Of a DNA stretch of 64,000 nt, positions 54,219 to 64,000 are shown in pieces; position 1 is the first letter of the stretch, and the number at the start of each line of letters is the position of its first letter. The translations under genes were made by a program, and so were the position numbers. The DNA is from Eledone cirrhosa. Its lineage: Eukaryota. Location: the NCBI GenBank assembly GCA_964016885.1, contig OZ024742.1:59396001-59460000 (forward strand). Direction: 5' to 3'. The notes below the pieces were generated by a model that worked only from the letters and a program-made list of their open reading frames with translations, had not been told where the DNA came from and did no database searches.

Positions 54219-55052
54219 ATATATATATATGTATGTATATATATATATATGTGTGTGTGCGTGTATATAAAATGTGTATGTGTATATATATATATATATA
54301 TATACATATGGAATGCACCTGAGCCTGTGTTTGTGCGTGTGTGCTTGCAACGATGTGCGTTGACAAACAAGCATATGTACTTTATGCCGAAATGGAACTG
54401 TAGTCCTTTGCATTTCCGGATTTTGACACTCAGGTTTTTGGTGTTTACACTCCACTTTTCTCTCATTTGCTCTTAAAACGCACCACTCGATGACAGTGTA
54501 AGAATTGTAATTCTTTACACTTCTCGATATTCTGACACAGAGGTTTTCTACTTCAGTTAATATTTTTCTAATATTTTCCAAATCTTTTAAATTTTGATAT
54601 TGGTTGTAACACACATTTTTTATTATTTTATTTTTTTATCTGTTTGGCACCTCCCACCACGTGAAATGGTGGCAGAATAGATGTCAACCTACACACACAA
54701 ATTCTTCTGAATATAGCAGCCGCACACTAAAGCTGACCTGCCAGCTGACCCCTTAACACCACTACCACTACCAACACAATGGAGGAACTCAGCTGTACTT
54801 AAACAAAAACTACTACAGCAGATTGTCTATCCTCAGAAAAATTTCTATACACTTTTGACTGAGGAATGTTCTCACAACTGACTAATGGGATACAAGCGTG
54901 TCCTATGACGCCGAAATTCGTTTGCTCTAACCGATATGATTCCAGTTCCTCAGAGAAATAGCAACACTACCAGAAGCTGGATATATCGATGGATTGACGG
55001 AGTAAAACACACTTCAACAACACGTGTACCTGTCTTTCCCACACCAATTCGG

Positions 55053-55107
55053 ACTGCCTGAAGAAGTCACAGCCAATGATGGCAGTCACCGAAACATATA
55101 TAGCAGT
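55053..55107 (+). ncRNA. hammerhead ribozyme motif in solo pLTR-like region (~54630-55255)
   Basis: actgc CTGAAGA agtcacagcc aatgat ggcagtcacc GAAAC atat ATA gcagt. Perfect stem I, decayed stem II. AATAAA ~25 nt downstream. Confidence 0.72.
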
Positions 55108-55256
55108 ATATCTATAATTTGTAATAAACGAAGCCAAATTTTACATATTTGACTTAATTATTTTACATTACTCCGGAGAAAACAAACCAGCCTGCATACT
55201 CGTCGAATGCTCCAATCTGCATACTGAGGTGCCGGTAGACAACCGACATATACTCA

Positions 55257-55399
<143 letters not shown>

Positions 55400-55766
55400 G
55401 TTTTAATATAGATGATATTCTATAGAACTAGAACTATTTCATTCTTTAGAAATCATCAGGAATCTCGCTTTCCAAAAATAAATGTTGTGGTATTTATATC
55501 TTTTCAGGTGGTAGGAGAGGGTGGGGAGTGGGATTGGTGGAGGTCATTGGTTGAAAGAAAAGGGAATTCATTAAAAGGTAATTCTTTAAGGCTATAATTT
55601 ATATTTTATATTTAGAGTGACGAAGGCAGAAAGAATTATATAAACAGGTTCAGAATGGGGTGCCAGTCCTTATTGTCATATTTCTCTTAAGCTATATTCC
55701 AGGTGAAACAGACACATTCATACACACACACACACACACACATACACACACACATACACATACATA

Positions 55767-55804
<38 letters not shown>

Positions 55805-55865
55805 CATATACACATATACACATATATACATACATATACACACATATATATATACACACATATAA

Positions 55866-55896
<31 letters not shown>

Positions 55897-55933
55897 CCCA
55901 TATATACATATACATATATACATACACACACAC

Positions 55934-55988
<55 letters not shown>

Positions 55989-56123
55989 CATATATATACA
56001 TATATATATATACATAAATATACAAATATGCATACATATACAGACACATACACATACATACATATACATATACACATATACACATACATACATACACACA
56101 CATATATATATATATACATATAT

Positions 56124-56210
<87 letters not shown>

Positions 56211-56301
56211 TGCTCTATATTATAATTTAACTTGGTGTCCTTGAAATATGTATAATAAAATAAATATGGTTTTATAAATATAGTTTCCATTTGTTAATAT
56301 C

Positions 56302-56339
<38 letters not shown>

Positions 56340-56346
<7 letters not shown>

Positions 56347-58310
56347 AACATGCCCATACTCAGGTACATGTGAACGCACGTACAGACAGCAATATGCATA
56401 CAAACGAACGACCACTCATACAAATACATACAAACATGTACTCATAAATATATACATATACACAGGCACACAAACAGCTCTACAAGCAGAAAATGCAGAT
56501 AGGTAAGAGGTACGTACATAACCATAGTGTCGTGTTTCAGGTTGAGGAGGGGCTGGGGTAGGGTGGGAAGGAGGTAGAGGGGTTATTTTTTCGGCTGGCG
56601 TTTTTAGGCATCGGGCATTAACACGGGTTTAAGGTATTTGAAAGTTGCAAAGTTTTTGTGCATGCAGTTTGGGCAGTGTTCAGAGAGTTTGTTGAGTAGC
56701 GGGCCCTTGGTGAATAAAATTTCGTAGCTCTCTGAGATACAAAGGTCGCAGCACTAGTGTCCTCCGTTGTATGAGCGCGCTTTTCTGGAGTATTTTCCAT
56801 TTAAGTGTGACGGGGGTGGAGTTCCTTTTGAGATCCCAAACATAGGAGGGGAGGCTTGTCTGGTTTGATTTGTCCGGTCTTCTGAAGGAGTGGGTATGGG
56901 CATACCACCGAGTCTTAAAATTATTGGAAGTCATGCCGATGTAAGTCTTTTTGTTGTTGCAATCATCGGTGCCTGAGATGACATGGCATTTGTATACGAT
57001 ATCATTTGTCAGGCATTTGTTTTCAAGTGGGCAGGCTTCCTTATTTAGGCAATTACACAAGGCCCCAGGCCGGGGATTAGGTTCGGAGGTGATTGGCTTA
57101 TTTAATTTTTTAGAATTGTGATTGGCTATATTCCTAGCTAGGTTAGGTGTGGTAGAGTAGGAGAGTCTTATTGTGTTCTTATTAAAGATGGTGTTGTACC
57201 TATGTTGTATGGGGAAGTGTGTGTTCAGCAAAGTGAAGAAAATCCTAGCTATAGGTTTAGAGACCTCCCTATTGAAGGGAGGGTTGTACCAGCTAATCTG
57301 CCGATGCCTATTCCTCATATGCAGCCTTGCGGTGGTTTCTAGGTAGGTTATCTTTTCTTTGAATCGACTGCGGGCGAGGGCGTCATGTAGTAGGAGGAAG
57401 AGGCGTTAAAAATATCTTCATTGGCAGAGAGGCCAGAGATTCTAATAGAGACGCTTTTTACTAAGTTGTCAGTGATGTTTTGGGGGTGGTTAGAATTAAC
57501 ATTAATATATCTAAGGGACTCATTAAGTTTGTGGTACGGGTAATAGAGGGAAGTATCTAGGTCGAGAGTGACATCTAAAAAGTTGGCCTTAGTCATATTA
57601 GATGCTATAGTTACACTAAATCCTAGATTACGAAAGAACGAGCTTAATTTTCTCCGAAAGCCATCGGTGTTCTGGGGTTAACCTTGTGCAGGGCGAAGAG
57701 GCCGTCGTCTAGGTATAAACCTCCGGTTAGGCCAGTAAAGAGGTTCTTCAGGTGGTGTAAAATGTACAGGCCCACAAGGTCGCTAATTTCAGCCGAGTCA
57801 CTCGCTCCCTGCTGACGTCAAATGGGGTCTGACACTTCTTGTTGATCCAGTAAGATCCATCGTGGTATAGGAAGGTCTTACGGGCATGGAGGATAACATC
57901 TTGCTCAGCATCGGTTATGGTGGTAAAATTCCTGGCAAGGGTAATTCCGTCCTTCAGGAGGGGCTCCGAGATAAACACATAGTAGTTTTCTATGTCGAGT
58001 TGCAGGAAGCGAGTGTGGCGTTTGTCGGGTAATTCTTGGAACCAAGATATTGCCTCAGATGTTCTGCTCCAGAGTGGGAGTGGTGAGGCAGCCCGCAATG
58101 ATGGTAGAACTCTATCTATGATCTTCTTACTGATAGAGTCGATGTCCGAACGAGTGGGGTTGATAAGTCTGACTGATGGTTTGTTGAGGACGTTTCCCTT
58201 ATGGTTTTTCAGGATAAAGTGCGGGGTCTTTACCCTCAAAGGTCCGGTTCGGTCATGTAATTTAAGAGACTTGGCGATTTCTTTTCCGGCCCTGTTTGTT
58301 TCAGTCAATG
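56340..58310 (-). mobile_element. Penelope-like element (Hydra-type), 5'-truncated, RT + GIY-YIG, frameshifted
   Basis: RLINPTRSD, QLDIENYY, GLYLDDGL (YLDD at 57704-57715), NFLDVTLDL, WYNPPF, CNCLNKEACPLENKC (CxCx5Cx5C) and VYKC...YIGMT...FKTR. Confidence 0.9.
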
Positions 58311-58329
58311 CTATCTTGTTTTGGAAACA

Positions 58330-59420
58330 TATATCTAATGACACACAACCCATGTCACCAGAATATCTTCAACACTGCCAAAGCAAACCTACCGATCATT
58401 GCACAAAGTAATGAATTAAAAGGCTTAATCACAGATCGATCTTTGATTCTTAGTAAAAGACAGCCGACAAATTTGAAGCAATTACTAACAAAAGCAAAAT
58501 TTGACCTTAACAACAAAGTCTGTATCTAAATGCAATGATAGTCGATGCGGCACATGTCAATCCATACACGCCGGTCAATATATGAAAACAAAAACTGGAA
58601 AAATATTCCCAAATGCAAATAAGAACTGCAAAAGCAGAAATCTAATTTACTGCATTAAATGCCCGAATTGTGAAGAACTATATGTCGGTCAAACTGGAAA
58701 TGCACTATCGTAACGTGCACGGGTACACCGACAGCAAATCAGAGACCCAAATGTCCGTCAGATACCCCTGAGTAACCATCTAGCAACATGTGGTCAGAGA
58801 ATATTTATATTTCCATTCTACAAATTACACAGCCCAAGTGAAATGAAGAGAAAAATCAAAGAAAAGAATGTTATTGATAAATTCCAACCAAGCTAAATGA
58901 ACAATAATAATGGGGTATTAATCCTACTATGACTATGACTACGACCACTAACAACAACAACAACAATAATAATAATAAAAGTGATGTTGATGGTGATGAT
59001 TACTAGAAAAGGGTATTTTCATCATTTCTAAAAATAGCAAAACAATTGATGCTTTGGATAGGGTCAATTAGTAGTCGTTAGACATGCTCAACCAACCGTG
59101 ACGCCTAAACCAATCAGCTTTAGTAATCCAGTGAAACTACACACCGATTGGTCGAAATACATTTTACAAGATTTAACATTCTGTAGCCACTTTTCACTGT
59201 GTATAAGGCACAATATTTACCCATCTGGTTACAGTTGAAAATTGCAAACTTGACTATCACCTCAGAATATGAACTTGAAGATTGCGAAAGCATGAAAGTA
59301 TTTGTTCAATTAACACTTAACATTTAATATTCTACCATACTATTTCATTCTAATACTGTTATAAATTTTAAAGGATTGTAAATAAAACGAGTAAATCAGA
59401 CAAAGTTGGAATTCCTTTTA

Positions 59421-59424
<4 letters not shown>
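58330..59424 (+). mobile_element. PLE (Neptune-like) 3' part: linker, GIY-YIG and pLTR with degenerate HHR (59270-59308)
   Basis: SKRQPTNLKQLL, KCNDSRCGTC and NCKSRNLIYCIKCPNCEELYVGQT. The pLTR is the parent of the 42131-42495 palindrome. Ends in (TA)n. Confidence 0.88.
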
Positions 59425-59506
<82 letters not shown>

Positions 59507-59694
59507 CAATTAAATATACACATATATATATATATACAAACATATACAAACTCATCTACATACACATATATACACATATATACACATATATACACACACA
59601 CACACGCACACACATATATATATATATTGAACAGTAATGGTTGGATTCTTTAAGGGTATGTCAATATTTATTTATAAAACTGCTCTATATTATA

Positions 59695-59755
59695 TTTTAT
59701 CTGATGAAAGCACACCATAATTTAACTTGGTATCCTTGAAATATGTATAATGAAA
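59695..59755 (+). ncRNA. minimal hammerhead motif in solo pLTR (~59630-59800)
   Basis: ttttat CTGATGA aagcacacc...ggtatcctt GAAAT atgt ATA atgaaa. Confidence 0.7.
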
Positions 59756-59902
59756 TAAATATGGTTTTATAAATATAGTTTCCATTTGTTAATATCGTAT
59801 TTTTACTCCAATTATTTTTGAGTGCTTTATATCAGTTATAAAAATATTTGCTTGTTGTATCCCAACAATTTAAATAGAACTTTTACATTTATATATATAT
59901 AA

Positions 59903-60009
<107 letters not shown>

Positions 60010-60699
60010 AGAAAGAATGTATTTATGTGTAATATGAACCCAGCATGTTCATAAATATGAACATGCTGGGTTCATATGAACATCGGAAATATAATACGTT
60101 TTCTATTCAGCAAGAAACTATCTTTCTTATTTTTCATTACTTTTGTTATTATAAACAAATTATTAGAAGAAAATATGGAGTTTTAATTAAACATTTTCCT
60201 TCATATATTATATATTACCACCATTTTAATTAGATATAATTTAAGTGGAGGATTACAATCTATATCTGCTTAAGACTTAAGAAAGCAGCTGTGGTCTTAA
60301 TTAATTGCTAAAGGATATTGTTCATGAGTTCATATATATATATATGTGTATACATGTAGATATAATTTGAAAATTATTTTCAGTTGCCAATAGTATTTGA
60401 GAGAGTTAATAGTTATGCTTATCATACGATACCATCAACTCAGCTTAGTGCATTAACGACAATAGCAACAACACTATGTAAGAAATCTCCCAGTACCTCA
60501 ACAACAAGAAAAGTACTACTACTACTACTACTACTACATTGTTAGTAATACTAAAAGAGCATTAACAACAATGGCACGATCTATGTCTAATGCTATGACA
60601 ACAATAGCATCAACAGCACAGTGTAAGGCTAATACAACAATAGCATTATCAATAACATCAACTAAAACAATAGTAATCGTTTACAAATAATTGTTTCTG

Positions 60700-61060
60700 C
60701 CATAGGCAGTTCTCAGACACACCTTACAAAAGGACCTATCAGAAGCAACTGTCTCCAAATAAATTGTCTGGATCCCCAAACGAGACCAACCGATGTTATC
60801 CATGTAATCGAACCCTTTTGCTCATGGTCTAACACTATGTTTCCCAGTGGTTGCCTTTGATCGTAAAACCTGTCCTTCGATTCATTCCTGAGATATTCAT
60901 AGTACCGGAACTGTGATTTATCTATGTGGAAGAGCAGCGGCTGTAGCTGGAGCAATTTTCAGATCTCCCAATCGACTAACGTTACTCCAAAGACCAGCAT
61001 AGTAAAATGAAGCTCATACGCTACTATCTGTAGTTCTCATACAACCCATGCCATCGTGGA
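60700..61060 (-). mobile_element. RTE-clade (Rex3/Expander-like) LINE 3' fragment
   Basis: QPLLFHIDKSQFRYY and DYMDNIGWSRLGIQ...ETVASDR resemble the RTE C-terminus (PLLLRIERSQLRW...WxRLGI...VAxDR). Confidence 0.6.
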
Positions 61061-61599
61061 AATATGAATGTAAACACGATGAAAAAATAAAACACATAAA
61101 CGAAATTCAATATAGCTTAAATAAATTGGAAAAAAACTTAAACAGAAGCTGGGTGTGTAAGAAACACAAAATGTAATTGCGGCAAAAATACTGCACATTA
61201 TGAATATTGAAAAGAAATAGTCGAAAAGATCCCCAACAGGCCGGAAGAGGTACAGAAAAATAAAATTATTCAAAACAGAATATGTTTATGAAAATAGAAA
61301 ATAATTTACAACAGGGTCTTTAATTAGAAATCTGTAGAAATATAATAAAAAAAAAGACTTTTATAAAAAATAAATAAAACTGTAAAACAATCATGAAAAA
61401 TTTAATAGAATGGAGAACAGTTTATAATAGCTCAATAATTATCAAAAATAAAACCTCCCATCCACACCACACAGATGCTAATAGTTGTTTGAGATATTAG
61501 ATATACGACTAATTAGAAAAGAAAATGAAAGACACAAAGGATTGAAAATGTTCTATTATTTGTTTTGCAATAAATCATCAGTAATGCACATATTTGGAG

Positions 61600-61644
<45 letters not shown>

Positions 61645-61989
61645 GGTATTTATAAGTAAATCCATTCTTTTATGCATTTAATGTAGCTATTGAATTGTTG
61701 TATGATATAATACAATGCGTAATTAATGCAACTGTTTAACTGTGTATATGTGTCGGTTTATTAATATTTATATATAAGTGGAATTTGAAATGAAGAAGCT
61801 GGTAACCTGCCATTTTTAGAATACGTTTTATTACATTCGTTATTGTAACAAGAGATACCAACACGGTAGCGTCATATCGTCTGCACTAAAAAAAGTTATT
61901 AGTTCGTTGTCTGTAACCAGTGTTCTGAGATTGATAAGTGTTAGTGTCCTTCTGGTAACCCCACAGTTGGTGTGTGATCATCACAACTT

Positions 61990-63480
61990 TAAGCTAATGC
62001 TTTCATTTGCTGTATTTCCTGGGAAATCATGCAGGAGTTCTTTTGATGCTCTAGTTCGGGAATGATGGCTGTACCGAGTGTACTTGCTCAAAATTAGATG
62101 AAGCTAAGTCGTTTCTTGTTGAATATCCGGGACCCGTGCATTGCGATTGAATAGCGAGGTGTTTCTACCGTTCAGCAAAATGTTAGGTTGGTATTCTTCT
62201 TGACACCTATCAGACGTTCCTGCAATATGTGCAATCTCTTGTGGCAGCAAATCTGGCAGTCAAATTTCTCCGATATTTGAAGGAGGGTGCCTCGTCTAAT
62301 ATACTTCATTTTATTTGGGGGTAAGGCTGTAGATAAAACAAGAGGAGGTGGAATTTTCTCTGTTCCAGTAGCTAAATAAGTCTGCATGATATGTGCAAAT
62401 GATATGTGCCAAAACTATTTTGTTTGTATTTTCAAAATAGAAGTGGAATGGTTTGACCCAGTTTCGCATCACTTCCTTATTTTATCTGCATTTAAAAACA
62501 CATGTAACACTATTATAAATGTTAAATGTACCAATAACAATTTTGAAAATGAGTGTTCCAGTTGTTGAATCAACGGAACTGCTTGCTCGTGAAATTAACG
62601 TGTAAGTGGCTGATCACTGTATAAGCACGTTGATACTTAACATAATTTGCAGGGATATTTAGCGTGACAGAGGGCGTTACAAGACTGGCCCTTTGAATTA
62701 CAGTTACTGCCATGCTTCCAAACAGATTCTGTCTTCTCAATTCCACTCAGAAAGAGCTTGTGTCGATCCAAGCCTATAAACATTGACACTTACCCAATAT
62801 GCCATTCAGCAGGATAGAACTCGAAACCCACTGATTCTGAATTGCATTTCTTTAGCCATGCTGCATCCACATTACAGCGTAAAATTAGACGAATTGTTGT
62901 GGATAGTTTTAATGGGGCTGTCAGTTCTCCACCGTTTAAAACGATTTCAGTATACAACAAACATTACGAATGATTACAGAAGCCTCTATACATCTACTCT
63001 GTCAAAAGGATTCTCCGAGGCTACCTCGATAAATATTCTTTCAGTTTGATCTAACGTTATTGGAATCTCCTCGAATTCCTCAACTGATTGGTTGGAGATA
63101 ATTTATCAAATTTGTTATTGTTATATCAGACACACCGGATTCTGTATTAGATTGTTGTCTTAAAACGTGTCTATCTATTAATGTAATAGTTTTTCTCTTA
63201 TGCATTTAGCCGTGTCCAATGGACAAGCATAAATATGTAGCTATTTCCGTTGTGTACCTTTGCAAGTCTTAGTGATCTCTTACTTACGTTATTGATTAAT
63301 TGTAGAGACAGTATGGCGATCTTCTCGATGCATACTACCGTTCAATAAGCAAAACATTCCTCTCGCCATCTGATAATGCTAGCTTGGCTTACATTGCAGA
63401 TTCCCCCTTCAGATATTTGTTGTACAAACTATCATAATTGCCTCAGATCGTCAGCGACAAAATAACGTTTTCCTATATAT
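61990..63480 (-). mobile_element. highly decayed CR1-like LINE remnant
   Basis: FVADDL at ~63445-63462 on the minus strand, and C-terminal remnants like RYSIAMHGSRIFN. No intact ORF. Confidence 0.4.
62575..62870 (-). mobile_element. second SINE-like family copy
   Basis: aactgcttgctcgtgaaattaacgtg.aagtggctga...ctggccctttgaattacag resembles, from memory, a common octopus short repeat. B-box-like sequence near 62815-62830. Confidence 0.45.
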
Positions 63481-64000
63481 TTAGAAAATAGCATTTAATC
63501 TTTGGAATACATCCTGTTCTTTTTCCAAATATTAGTTGCGTTTGGCAGAGTACACTATACATAACTAAACAATGGAAAATGAGATAGATTGAAAGAGGGG
63601 GAGAGGAAGGGATAAAAGAGAAAGAGGGAGTGAAAAACAGCGAGGAAAGAGAAAGAGATAACACGTGCTCTGTTGTGAAATCGGTAAAAGATTGACATGG
63701 ATACCATAGATTTCGTGTTCGAATCACAGTGGAGGGCTTGTTTATTCTATCCTATTTTATTGAATAAAGTACTATAAGTATAGTAATACAGTTTGAACTA
63801 ATAATGCATCTGTAATTGGATACATACTTCAAGTGTAAGCAAATGCCTATACAAGCTGTATCGTTCCAATCAATCTCGATCATACTTGGTACAATTAAGT
63901 GAAAGCATTCAATTGCATGCATAGTTATTTTATTTAGAGACGTCACTAAATTGGAGAATCAAATTCGTATAAATAGCGCATTACTGGGAGCGAGTAAATT

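Noticed and set aside
60713-60955. 80-aa ORF as a host exon
   Set aside because: Motifs across frames fit the RTE LINE C-terminus.

Overview
This is an AT-rich, microsatellite-dense animal genomic window. The SINE families and repeat landscape suggest a coleoid cephalopod (octopus-like), which is an inference only. I found no host protein-coding exon, rRNA, true tRNA or CRISPR array. Almost all interpretable sequence is transposon-derived and is partitioned by microsatellite. (1) (AAT)n tracts hold stacked R4/Dong-type RLE retrotransposons, always AAT-tailed. They also hold Tx1/L1-type LINEs and a tRNA-derived SINE, which are ATT-tailed and therefore in the opposite orientation. The SINE and Tx1 share a 3' tail. 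(2) (TA)n tracts hold several Penelope-like element (PLE) families and solo pseudo-LTRs. These carry at least 8 distinct minimal hammerhead-ribozyme (HHR) motifs, including fold-back palindromes and a two-HHR retrozyme-like unit. (3) There are two non-autonomous Helitrons and old RTE, CR1-like and possibly Ty3/gypsy debris. Element boundaries were read by eye and are approximate unless a motif is quoted. Most short ORFs in the track are microsatellite or antisense artefacts.
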